A DNA stretch of 64,000 bases from an uncultured Actinomycetes bacterium. GTDB taxonomy: Bacteria > Actinomycetota > Thermoleophilia > UBA2241. Made by a program: the position numbers and the translations under genes. Below, piece after piece: positions 30,369-39,540 of the stretch (position 1 is its first letter; every line of letters begins with the position of its first letter). Under the pieces are notes generated by a model that was not told the DNA's origin, made no database searches, and was given only the letters and a program-made list of their open reading frames with translations. The stretch lies in NCBI GenBank assembly GCA_963725665.1, contig CAVRZA010000001.1:512514-576513 (forward strand), read 5' to 3'.

Positions 30369-31196
30369 ATGCATCGCCACGACCCCGCGAGCGACCGCGC
30401 ACAGGTACGGACTGCACTGCTGCTCGCCGCCGGCGTGGGCAGCCGGCTGGCGCCGTTGACCGACGCGCTGCCGAAGTGCCTCGTCTCCGTGAGCGGCGTG
30501 CCGATCCTCGAGCGACTGGTGCGCTCCCTCGACGGTCACGGGATCGAGCGCCTGGTCATCGTCACGGGCTACAAGGGCGAGACGATACGCGACTACCTCG
30601 GCGAGAGCTTCGACGGCATCGCCATCGAGTACATCGTCAGCCCGCTGTTCGAGACCACCAACAACATCTACTCGCTGTGGCTGGCGCGACACCTGATCGA
30701 CGAACCGTTCCTGCTGGTGGAGAGCGATCTCGTCTTCGACGAGCATCTGCTGGCGCCGCTGCTGCAGCCCGAACGGATCGCCGTCTCCAGGCAGCTGCCG
30801 TGGATGGGCGGCACGACGGTCACGCTCGACAGGGACGGCAACGTCAACGCCTTCTACCCGCCGCCGCCGGGGGTCTACGGCCAGCACTGCACCGACAGCG
30901 GCCACTTCATGGCGGTCAACATCTGCAGCCTCGCGCGCGACACCTGGGGCGCTGTCTGCGAGCGACTCGACCAGCATGTGGCAGCCGGCCAGACCGGCTG
31001 CTTCTACGAGTCCGTGTTCGAGGAGATGGCCGCCGACGGCAGCATGGCCCTCGCGGCCGTGATCTTCCCCGCCGAACGTTGGTACGAGATCGACACGCCG
31101 GCCGATCTGGAGGCGGCCGAGCTGGTGTTCCCAAGGCATCTGCACGCCGCAGGAGGGTCGGGGCGGCGGAGTCTCGGCGACGGCGTGACGGGGTGA
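30369..31196 (+). CDS. Phosphocholine cytidylyltransferase-like NTP transferase
   Basis: LLAAGVGSRL…PKCL…TTNNIYSL…WYEIDT. Confidence 0.9.
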   Translation: MHRHDPASDRAQVRTALLLAAGVGSRLAPLTDALPKCLVSVSGVPILERLVRSLDGHGIERLVIVTGYKGETIRDYLGESFDGIAIEYIVSPLFETTNNIYSLWLARHLIDEPFLLVESDLVFDEHLLAPLLQPERIAVSRQLPWMGGTTVTLDRDGNVNAFYPPPPGVYGQHCTDSGHFMAVNICSLARDTWGAVCERLDQHVAAGQTGCFYESVFEEMAADGSMALAAVIFPAERWYEIDTPADLEAAELVFPRHLHAAGGSGRRSLGDGVTG

Positions 31197-31858
31197 GCCG
31201 GGGCGGCGGTGCAAGCCGGGGCGCCGCGCGGCCGCCGGCAGGTCCCGGGTCCATGCTCGCGTTCGCCCGGGACCTGCCCAACGTGTGCTCGCTGGCCGGG
31301 CTCCTCGCTGCGCTGCTCGGGCTCTACTTCGCGATCCGCGGCGTCTACCCGGCGGCCATGATGGCACTGCTCTGGGCGGTCGTCTTTGACTGGAGCGACG
31401 GCCTCATCGCGCGACGCATGAAAGGACGCACGGCCGATCAGCGGGCTTTCGGCGCCCAGCTCGACTCACTGATCGACGTCGTCAGCTTCAGCGTCGCGCC
31501 CGCGCTGCTGCTCCTGAGCGTCGGGCGCTTCAGCTTCTGGTTCGTCCCCGGCGCCTTCGTGATCCTCGCTACGGGGGTCATCCGCCTGAGTCACTTCAAC
31601 GTCTTCGGGCTGCTCGACGATTCGACCTACCGGGGGTTGGCGCTCGACAACAACGTCATCGTCCTGGCGCTCCTCTTTATCTTCGAGCCAGTCGTCGGCG
31701 CGACGATCTTCGCCACCGTCCTCTACGTCGCCTTGATGGTGCTGGCCGCCCTCAACGTGGCTCCGATCAAGACGCCCAAGCTCGGCGGGCGCTGGTACTA
31801 CGCCGTCATCCTGTATGCACTCGTGCTGAGCGGGGTCTACGGGTGGCAGCTGACGTAG
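31193..31858 (+). CDS. CDP-alcohol phosphatidyltransferase
   Basis: DWSDGLIAR…FGAQLDSLIDVVSF; overlaps the upstream stop (GTGA). Confidence 0.9.
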   Translation: MSRGGGASRGAARPPAGPGSMLAFARDLPNVCSLAGLLAALLGLYFAIRGVYPAAMMALLWAVVFDWSDGLIARRMKGRTADQRAFGAQLDSLIDVVSFSVAPALLLLSVGRFSFWFVPGAFVILATGVIRLSHFNVFGLLDDSTYRGLALDNNVIVLALLFIFEPVVGATIFATVLYVALMVLAALNVAPIKTPKLGGRWYYAVILYALVLSGVYGWQLT

Positions 31859-31964
31859 CCGACTGGGCGAGGGGCGACCCACGACCGGTGGCTCGGCCCA
31901 CGCGCCGTCGATCGGCGGGTAGCGCCCTGCCGGCGCCGCCACGTGCGCGCACCTCGCCGCCCTT

Positions 31965-32073
31965 CGGCGTAAGTCGCCACTCCGTCGCGCAGAGCCGGGT
32001 CAGGAACCGCCGGTCTTGGCTCACGAACAGGAGCGCGCGCGGTGCTTCGGCGAGCGCGTCTTCGAGCGGAATG
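31965..32073 (-). pseudogene. ABC-F ATPase C-terminal fragment
   Basis: LEDALAEAPRALLFVSQDRRFL matches the VSHDR H-loop region. Confidence 0.6.
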
Positions 32074-32497
32074 GGTGGCCGGCCTGGCTTGAACGCACGG
32101 CTGGCCCCGTGACCTCCACCCGCAGGCCCGCGACCTCTATGCTGAAGGGCACACAGACTCCCGCGGCCGCCTGCCAGAGGTACACCCTCGCAGGCGACCT
32201 GAGAGGGGCTCAGTGAAAGCCAACATCGTCGTCTGCCAGGGCAAGGAAGAAGACGAAGGCGATGAGCTTCGCTTGCTCCGCAACCGCTAGCCCGACGTGG
32301 TCGCGCCCTGCACGACGTCAACCACGACGAGATCGTGCTCGTCGAGCTGGACGCCATGCCGCGGCTCAGTATCGCGTTCATCGCCTGGGCGAACGGGGTG
32401 AGCCCTGAACTGATCGGCGACGGGGCGAAGCGAAGCGCCGCCCCGGGTGCGCCAACAGAACGGGTAAGATCTCCTTCGTTCATCCACTTGCGAGGAC

Positions 32498-32551
32498 ATG
32501 GACGTGGGCAAGAAGGTTCTCTTCGTCTGCAGTCACAACAGCGCGCGTAGC
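32498..32551 (+). pseudogene. ArsC/LMW-PTP N-terminal fragment
   Basis: KKVLFVCSHNSARS P-loop, then similarity stops. Confidence 0.65.
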
Positions 32552-32871
32552 CCGCCTGAGGTGTCGGCGCTCGAGCATCCAGCCATTGCCGCCGTAACGA
32601 GCGCGCTCAGACAGATCACGAACACGACTACGAGTGCGTGCCGAGCCATGAACCACTCCTTCACCGAGGAGTCTGCACCCACCGGCGGGAGGTCTCAAGA
32701 CCCCACCGGCGGTGGCTCGCTGGCCGACCAAGCGCATCCAGCGGACGGCCGCCAGCGGTAGGATGGAATGCGGCACATCGGCCGCCGTTGATGCGCAAGC
32801 CGTTGGGTGGCGCGGCCCATTTCCGCGATTCGAGCGCATGGTTCCTCGGGCCTATTAGAGGGAGGCAAGTC

Positions 32872-33147
32872 GTGGTCGCCAAGCGTCAGATCGATACAGA
32901 GGAAGCTCGCAAGGTCGGCACCACGCTGGGGATAGACTGGAGCGAGGTCGATCTCCAGCAGTTCCGTCGTGGCCTTGAGGTGGAGCTCGAGCACGGCGCC
33001 CAGGATGCGGAGACCAACGTCACGAACGACGACCTTACGCTTACCGGCAAGATCGCCTGGGCGCATCTCAAGGAGTTCCCAGACTACTACTCTCGTCTGG
33101 GCACGATGGAAACGGAGGCCGATGCCTACTGGGCCTCCCGCCGCTAG
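32872..33147 (+). CDS. DUF5661-like protein
   Basis: QFRRGLEVELEHG…NVTNDD…GKIAWAHLKEFPDYY; GGAGG RBS. Confidence 0.8.
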   Translation: MVAKRQIDTEEARKVGTTLGIDWSEVDLQQFRRGLEVELEHGAQDAETNVTNDDLTLTGKIAWAHLKEFPDYYSRLGTMETEADAYWASRR

Positions 33148-33223
33148 CGCGCCACCTGCCCCACGTTTCCGCCGGAGAGGGTGAGGTCTGGCCTGGACGT
33201 GGAGCACGAAACAGCTCGCGACG

Positions 33224-33628
33224 CTATTGTGAAAAATACTGTCGAACTTTCGCCGCGATCTGACGATCTGTCATCTTGTCAACTGTCTCAATGCCTACGA
33301 TTCGTGCGCCGAGGTTGCTCTTTTCAAGACGTTCCTTCAGTTCGCCCTTGGCCTCGCCAGGACCAAATATAATAATAGAGTCCGCATCACGAATACTCGC
33401 GATTACCGCGTCGTAGTAGATATTGAGATGTCCCGTGTAACTTCTTTGGCGGCTATCACTTTGTGGTACTTGTTGTGATTCATAGGTACCTTTGAGAGGT
33501 GAATCACCGGAGCGGCTGTAATGTTTTTCTACCTTGGATATTATCAGTCCTATCTCCTCACCTTCGTCCGTAACGGCAACAACAATAGCCTTCGTATGGT
33601 CAACCCACAGACCAACTTGTGTTCCCAT
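33224..33628 (-). CDS. Hypothetical protein, eRF1-domain-2/host-attachment-like
   Basis: GLWVDHTKA…IFGPGEAKGEL…DKMTDRQIAAKVR; visibly AT-richer than flanks. Confidence 0.75.
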   Translation of the reverse strand: MGTQVGLWVDHTKAIVVAVTDEGEEIGLIISKVEKHYSRSGDSPLKGTYESQQVPQSDSRQRSYTGHLNIYYDAVIASIRDADSIIIFGPGEAKGELKERLEKSNLGARIVGIETVDKMTDRQIAAKVRQYFSQ

Positions 33629-33759
33629 CGGTATCTCCTTTGTCTAATGGTTCCACCCAACAACGAGTTCTGCAGTCTGCATAGCCCGCGAAACGAAGAC
33701 CGTCCGCTTCCATAGGCTCTAGCGCCGTTCGCAGTCCCGCTGCGGGAAAGAGGCCTGGG

Positions 33760-34116
33760 CTAGCGCGGCCTTCGCGTGCGCCAGCGGAACAACGCACCGA
33801 TGACCACGCCCAGCAACAGGCCGAGGATCGCAGAGAAGAGCACCAGCCAGACAAGCGATACCGACGAGGTACCGAACACCCAGCTGACCCTGACGTGGCC
33901 CGTGTTTGCCACCGCCAGCGCGACCAAGAAGACGAGCAGCGCGACCGCCACGACGAGGTAGAGGTAGAGGCGCACCCGATGGGCCCTGCGGGCGAACCGG
34001 GCGCCGCCTGTCTCAGCTGCGGGTGCAGTCCCTGTCGAGGCAGCGTTGCCCGCGAGACGATCGGCGGCCGACGCTTGCGACTCCGGTTGGCGCGGTGATT
34101 GTTCGCCGGAATCCAT
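33760..34116 (-). CDS. LapA/DUF1049 family membrane protein
   Basis: TM - ANT..V.VSWVF - TM pattern. Confidence 0.75.
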   Translation of the reverse strand: MDSGEQSPRQPESQASAADRLAGNAASTGTAPAAETGGARFARRAHRVRLYLYLVVAVALLVFLVALAVANTGHVRVSWVFGTSSVSLVWLVLFSAILGLLLGVVIGALFRWRTRRPR

Positions 34117-34615
34117 CTTGACCCTCCTCCTCGAGCGTACATGTCGACGTCAAAGGGACCGCCGGTGACGACAGCACCTTGAGCGGCGATGGCCATTGAC
34201 CATTGTGTCGTCCCCGGCGGTCTCAGACAAATCGACCGACCGCGTCGTCGGCGCCGGTCACGAGCGACTGCGGCGTTGATTGTCAGGCGTCAATGAGTAG
34301 GCTGGCAGAGGTGGGCGGATCGCGGCTGGGCCCCGGTCTCGGCGATGCGTTTGCGGCCGCGAGGAGAACGAGGAGGCCCAGATGGAGAGCCCGAGCTCTT
34401 CCGACAGTGACTACCAGGTGAACGTCAAGGCCGAGATTCTGCTCGAGCACCTGACGAAAGAGGTCGAGGAGATCAAGTGGCTTCTCGCACCCGCCTCGGA
34501 CACGGGAGTCTCTCCGGACTCCGTAGGGTGCATCTGAGTCGCAGACGGCGAGACTCCCCGTTGCGGCAACGCCGCAGGTGCCCAAGTGGAGAATAACGAG
34601 AAGAAGGAGCGCGCG

Positions 34616-34822
34616 ATGCCGATCATCGAGGTCAAGCTTTGGGCAGGCCGGACTCGGGAGCAGAAGGCCGAGCTGGCGCGACGGTTCACCGAGGCCATGG
34701 TCGAGGTCGTCGGCTGCCCACCCAAGGCCGTCAGCGTCGTCTTTGAGGACTACCCCCAGGGCGACTGGGCCGAGGGCGGCGTGCTCGCCGACGAGTGGGG
34801 TTCTCGTACTCAGGATATGTGA
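34616..34822 (+). CDS. 4-oxalocrotonate tautomerase family
   Basis: MP start (catalytic Pro1), GRTREQK, WAEGG. Confidence 0.9.
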   Translation: MPIIEVKLWAGRTREQKAELARRFTEAMVEVVGCPPKAVSVVFEDYPQGDWAEGGVLADEWGSRTQDM

Positions 34823-34985
34823 CAAGGGAGGGGTGTGACGATAGGCTCGGCGGCTACCGACCATGACCGAGTGATTCCGGCGTTTCTGCCCCCCAGGACC
34901 CTGATGCAGATACGCCGGATTCGTCCGTCCGTGGCGCTGCAGTCGGCCCTAGGCGTATCGTGCCCGTGAAGCGGTCAAGAGCGAG

Positions 34986-35879
34986 GTGGCGCGCGAGATG
35001 AAGCTTGAGGAGTGGAAGAAGGCCGTGGTGCACCTTGAGGCCGCCGCTGACGAGGCGACCTTCGAGGAGAGGATGGCGAGTCCGCTCCTCGTGGGTCGCG
35101 ACCTGCGATTCGGCGGCACAGCCCTCTACGTGAGGGACGGCGAGAAGCGTTACCTAGTCACTGCACGCCACGTACTCACTGACCCGGAGGTCGCCGCCCG
35201 GGGCCTTCCCGACCTCGCCGCCCGCGACCTGTCTGACGAGCAGCAGCGCAAGATCATGGATGGCTGGATCTTCGGGGTAGTCTTCCGCGTGCCGGGATTG
35301 GACGAGTTCAAGTCGAATCCCACGGCGACACCGGAGTTCCTTATGGACCTCGGGGCAGGCGACCCGCGGACGGCTCCCTATTCGTTCTCCAGCCAGTACA
35401 TCGATCTCGCGGTCATCTCGTTCAATGGCCAGAGCTCGACGGCTACTGGGAGGTTCGCAGCCGACCTGGACCGTGCTGGCTATCATGCTGTGCCCCTTGA
35501 GCAAGTCGGGGACGAACCCACCGCCGAGGGCGCAGAGATCTTCTCCGTCGGCTTTCCAGCCGCCTCCGTTCTCGGGGAACGAGATCTTCACCCAGCGCAA
35601 GCCTACTGGGCTTCGAAGTTCGTGTCTCTCCCGGTGTTCGCGTTCGGGCGAGTGGCGATGCTTCATTCAGGCCTCGACTCGTTTTGGGGGGATATCAGCA
35701 TCTACCCCGGAGCCGGCGGCGGCCCGGTCGTACAGGACGACCGGCTAGTCGGCATCGTCTCTGCGCCGGCGAGCGTCGAGGACGTCAGGATTCCCTATGC
35801 ACGCATCACCAAGGCTAGGCACATCAGGGCGCTGATCGAAGAGCAAGATCGAAAGGACTCAGGCGAGTCTGGGTTGTGA
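34986..35879 (+). CDS. Trypsin-like peptidase domain protein (nucleophile motif altered)
   Basis: LVTARHV, DLAVI, GFP, YPGAGGGPV…LVGIV. Confidence 0.75.
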   Translation: MAREMKLEEWKKAVVHLEAAADEATFEERMASPLLVGRDLRFGGTALYVRDGEKRYLVTARHVLTDPEVAARGLPDLAARDLSDEQQRKIMDGWIFGVVFRVPGLDEFKSNPTATPEFLMDLGAGDPRTAPYSFSSQYIDLAVISFNGQSSTATGRFAADLDRAGYHAVPLEQVGDEPTAEGAEIFSVGFPAASVLGERDLHPAQAYWASKFVSLPVFAFGRVAMLHSGLDSFWGDISIYPGAGGGPVVQDDRLVGIVSAPASVEDVRIPYARITKARHIRALIEEQDRKDSGESGL

Positions 35880-36467
35880 ATCGCCGGCGCGCGATCGCAC
35901 CCAGAAACCGAGGCTGCTGCCAGCTTCAGGTGTAGCGCTTCGGCTTTCGGCCCCGAGGCTAGTCGAACACGGGGCCTCGATACGGCGCGCCCTTCGCCTT
36001 GCACGGCTTGCAGAGCACCCCGAATCGCTGGCCCACTTTGACCACGGTGAGTCGTGAACGGGACGACACGATGTGCCGAGAGCCGTACCCGCCGTGGCCG
36101 GGGCAGGTGAGTCCGCAGGCCAGCCGCCACCGGAACAGCACACGTTCGATGACGGGCCTGGGGATGCGGTGAGCGGGGTTCGGGCAATGGAGCACGCCGC
36201 AGGTGGAGCAGGGCGGATCCGGCGTCCAGGAGGTCACGGGAGAGCTCCTTCCTCTAGGTATTCCTCGATAGCATAGCCGAGAGGACTCTGGCGGCGGCCG
36301 TCTGCGAGGATCGCCTTCCTCCGACACGCACTCGGCCTGTCTGATAGACACACCCCATTGCCGACATCTTGCCGACGGGCAGCATCGGCGCATTTGCGGC
36401 CCGTTTCGTGGTCTCGTCTGCACAATCGGGGAAGCCTCTGCCTAGTAGCACGGGGCGACACGGAGAG

Positions 36468-36863
36468 ATGATGACCGCAAGCGCACCCGCATCGCCGCGC
36501 AGGCATCGACCGCAGCTGCCCTGGTTCTTCGCCTGGGTGGCGGTCGGAGTCGGTCTCGCTCTGGGGATCTCTGCTCTCGGCATCTTCGCCGTGCCGCTGG
36601 CCCTGCTGGTGACCATCTTGCTGATCGTGCGCCATCACGCCGACCGTTCGGCCCTTGGCGTCCCTGTCGGGGTGGGGCTGCTCGCGCTCTATGTGGCCTA
36701 CGTACAGCGCAAGGGGCCGGGTACGGTGTACTGGCACACGGCCACGGCGAGCGGTGCAGAACAATACCTCGACCCGCGCCCCTGGCTGGTCGCGGGCCTG
36801 CTGCTCGTCGCTGTCGGCTTCGTTGCCTTTCTCTGGGCCCAGCGCCGCTCCGCTGGAGGCTAG
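36468..36863 (+). CDS. Hypothetical membrane protein
   Basis: About four hydrophobic segments; ends ~34 nt before remnant R10. Confidence 0.7.
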   Translation: MMTASAPASPRRHRPQLPWFFAWVAVGVGLALGISALGIFAVPLALLVTILLIVRHHADRSALGVPVGVGLLALYVAYVQRKGPGTVYWHTATASGAEQYLDPRPWLVAGLLLVAVGFVAFLWAQRRSAGG

Positions 36864-36897
36864 GAGAGGCGGTACCTGCAGACGCTGAGCGTCACGC

Positions 36898-37033
36898 CTG
36901 TCGGCGAACGCCAGCTCCGCAATCAGCGCCGCCGCCTCCTCCTGCATCGCCGGGATGGCGTGCGAGTAGGTGTCGAGCGTGATCGCGACGGTGGCGGGGG
37001 CGAGGCGCTCGGAGACGACCTTGGGGTCGATGC
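36898..37033 (-). repeat. Integrase 3'-end remnant R10
   Basis: PKVVSERLAPATVAITLDTYSHAIPAMQEEAAALIAELAFAD. Confidence 0.95.
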
Positions 37034-37073
37034 GCTGCCCCAGCCTTGCTGTGGTCGCGCCTTGACGTGATGT

Positions 37074-37391
37074 CTACTCGAGTACGCTGCGCAGCTTCTC
37101 CATCTCCTCGGGGAAGTAAGCGACATAGCCAACGGGCACTCGATGGTCTACTGCCTCCAGCACCTTCCGACATCCCTCCGGACCGAAGTCGTCGCACAGC
37201 TCGATGAAGTCAACGTTCTCCTCCTCCACAGCGGCCCTGGCTACCATGCAGCCTTCCTCCTGATTGCTCACGCCAACGACCGTCATCTTGCCCTGGGGCG
37301 TGTCCATGGCCATATGATGCTGGCCGGCGGGGCAGCCCTCCGTCGCGAAGACAAACATCCAATCGAATGTGCTCACAGCGAATGTGCTCAC
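37074..37391 (-). CDS. DUF6506-like protein
   Basis: VVGV…VDFIELCDDFG…VPVGYV; 15-bp tandem duplication at the start. Confidence 0.65.
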   Translation of the reverse strand: MSTFAVSTFDWMFVFATEGCPAGQHHMAMDTPQGKMTVVGVSNQEEGCMVARAAVEEENVDFIELCDDFGPEGCRKVLEAVDHRVPVGYVAYFPEEMEKLRSVLE

Positions 37392-37705
37392 AGATCCATC
37401 CCCCTTCTTGTTGATAGGCACCTGCCGCCTTCCGCTCGCACTCTCAACCAACCGCGGTTTGTCGAACGATTGGGGTCCAACGTAATGCACGCAGCGGCGG
37501 ACTCGGGCTTGTCAACATAGCCCACTCCCAGCATGCAGCTTCGCGACGACCATCGCACGTTGACCTACGGCCGGGTTCTCGCCGCCGATTGCAGGGCTTG
37601 CCGGCGGTGGGGTTAACATAGAAGGTGGACCGATGAATGGGGTCTGGTAAACCGTAGCCTTCGCAGCGTTGGCATACGGGCCCGCTCCCACAACAAGGAG
37701 GAAAA

Positions 37706-38086
37706 GTGCCTCAAGGTACAGTCAAATGGTTCTCGACCCAGAAGGGCTACGGGTTCATCACGCAGGATGAGGGCGGCGACATCTTCGTCCATATCACCGG
37801 CCTCGCCCCCGGCACGACCGGCCTCGACGAGAACCAGCGCGTCGAGTTCGAGCTGAGCGAGGGTCGCAGGGGCCCGCAGGCGACCAACGTCAAGCCGCCA
37901 GCCGCCGAAAAGGCGGCCCACGACGAGCCGCCGGCCGCCGAAGAGGCGACCCACGACGAGCCGCCGGCCGCCGAAGAGGCGACCCACGACGAGCCGCCGG
38001 CCGTCGAAGAAGCGACCCACGACGAGCCGCCGGCCGTCGAAGAAGCGACCCACGACGAGCCGCCGGCCGCCGAAGACGAAGAGTAG
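37706..38086 (+). CDS. Cold-shock protein with acidic repeat tail
   Basis: GTVKWF…KGYGFI…IFVH…GPQATNV followed by (EPPAAEEATHD)n. Confidence 0.9.
   Translation: MPQGTVKWFSTQKGYGFITQDEGGDIFVHITGLAPGTTGLDENQRVEFELSEGRRGPQATNVKPPAAEKAAHDEPPAAEEATHDEPPAAEEATHDEPPAVEEATHDEPPAVEEATHDEPPAAEDEE
37892..38076 (+). repeat. 33-bp coding tandem repeat, ~5.5 copies
   Basis: gagccgccggccg(c/t)cgaaga(g/a)gcgacccacgac units, head to tail. Confidence 0.95.
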
Positions 38087-38103
38087 AGCGCGCGTCGAGG
38101 GCA

Positions 38104-38129
38104 GCGGGGTGGCTTTCGGGCCACCCCGC
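38104..38129 (+). terminator. Hairpin after csp
   Basis: gcggggtggc-tttcgg-gccaccccgc. Confidence 0.55.
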
Positions 38130-38671
38130 AGGAACGGCGCTGTCTATCGCAACGCACGCCTCACGGCGGCGATCGATCTCCTTCTGACCTGCGACACCAT
38201 TGCTGACGCGGTCAGGATCACCAAGGAGCGCCCCGGCAGCCAGTAGTGTCGGCACGATGCCGACGAGACGCCTCAGCACGGCCGGACACGGCTGGGCACA
38301 ACCCATCACGGGGACGGCGCAGAACCTTGGACTGTGCAGCAATCGCGCACGGCCGCCTACAGCCGGTCACCCTTGTCGCGTGTTTCCAAAAAACACTCCA
38401 CGTCGGCGCCCGGCCGTGTCCCTGGCGGCGGAAATCGCAATACAACTGCCGCCACTGGCCGCGTTTTCGTTATGGGCCATGGGGCTTGATTGGGTGGCGC
38501 TGTTCTTGCGGCCGACCACTGGCTCACGGTTGGATGGGAGGATGCCGGCCTCGAGCTCGCTCCAACGTAGGCCAAGAGCTCACCCCTCCGGCTTGTGTCG
38601 GTGGCCCCGGGCAGCAGAGAATGGGCCTCCGTGTCTGTCTGCCTAGCGCAATCGACGTCAGGACAAGGGTA

Positions 38672-39286
38672 GTGAACAAGCTCATCATGCTCGACTTCGA
38701 CGGCGTCATCGCCGATTCGCTGGAGGCTACTTGCGCCGCGACGATTGCAGTGATGCGGAAGCACGGCGTTGCGAGCCTGACCTCGCGGGACGCGGTGCTC
38801 CGATTGGATGATTCCAACTGGTTCGATGGTCTGCGGGAGGCTGGCGTGCCGCTTGGGACCGTAGAGGAGGTCTTTGACGTCGTCGCCGAGGCCGTCTCCA
38901 CCGGCGGGTCCGTGCCATACGCGACCATGCCAGGCGTAATCGCTCGTTTGGCGGAACGTCACCGTATCCTCATCGTCACCTCAAATCGAACCGACATCGT
39001 TGAATCATTCCTGGCCCAATGGAACATTATGGGTGTCAGTGAGGTGCTCGGCGGCGACAAGGGGACCAGCAAGGTCCGCAAGATCGGCGCAGCAGTGCGC
39101 CGGCACGCAGGCGCAGACGGCAGGTGGTTCGTGGGCGACAGTGTTGGCGACATCGTCGAAGGCCGACTGGCTGGGGTTGGCACGATCGCCGCCGCATGGG
39201 GCTGGCACCCATTAGAGCAGCTTAGGAGAGCTTCGCCCCATCGTATCGCTGGAGCGCCCAGCGATTTGCTCAGACTTCTGCTCTAG
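38672..39286 (+). CDS. HAD-family hydrolase
   Basis: LDFDGVIADS, VTSN, K, VGDSVGDI. Confidence 0.9.
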   Translation: MNKLIMLDFDGVIADSLEATCAATIAVMRKHGVASLTSRDAVLRLDDSNWFDGLREAGVPLGTVEEVFDVVAEAVSTGGSVPYATMPGVIARLAERHRILIVTSNRTDIVESFLAQWNIMGVSEVLGGDKGTSKVRKIGAAVRRHAGADGRWFVGDSVGDIVEGRLAGVGTIAAAWGWHPLEQLRRASPHRIAGAPSDLLRLLL

Positions 39287-39456
39287 CTTCTGCGCAGACC
39301 TTGAGGTGCGTTCTGGTGTCGACCTGTGTCCGGGGACGTAATGCTGGCTGACAATCGAACGCCTGAGCACGGCCAGGTACTGAGCCTGTGCAGAACCTTG
39401 GACTGTGCAGCACCATTGCGTCCAGAGGAGCACCGTCCGTCACGTCTTCTGCATGA

Positions 39457-39501
39457 TTCCTAGACCTGGTGTCGTAGGTCCGATTCCTACCGGGGGCACC
39501 A
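39457..39501 (+). pseudogene. tRNA-Arg(CCT) 3'-half remnant (att-like)
   Basis: ttCCTagacctggtgtcgtaggtccgattcctaccgggggcaCCA: T-stem gtagg/cctac and CCA end; no 5' half. Confidence 0.7.
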
Positions 39502-39540
39502 GCTTTCCCCTGAGTATGGCTCGATCGTTCCAACGCTTCC

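Noticed and set aside
34500-34600. Riboswitch-like stem and AGGTGCCC…GAATA before the tautomerase
   Set aside because: Only a few bases resemble a cobalamin riboswitch start; the core motifs are absent
37892-38076. 33-bp repeats as a CRISPR array
   Set aside because: Head-to-tail with no spacers, in frame within a csp gene, and no cas genes in the window
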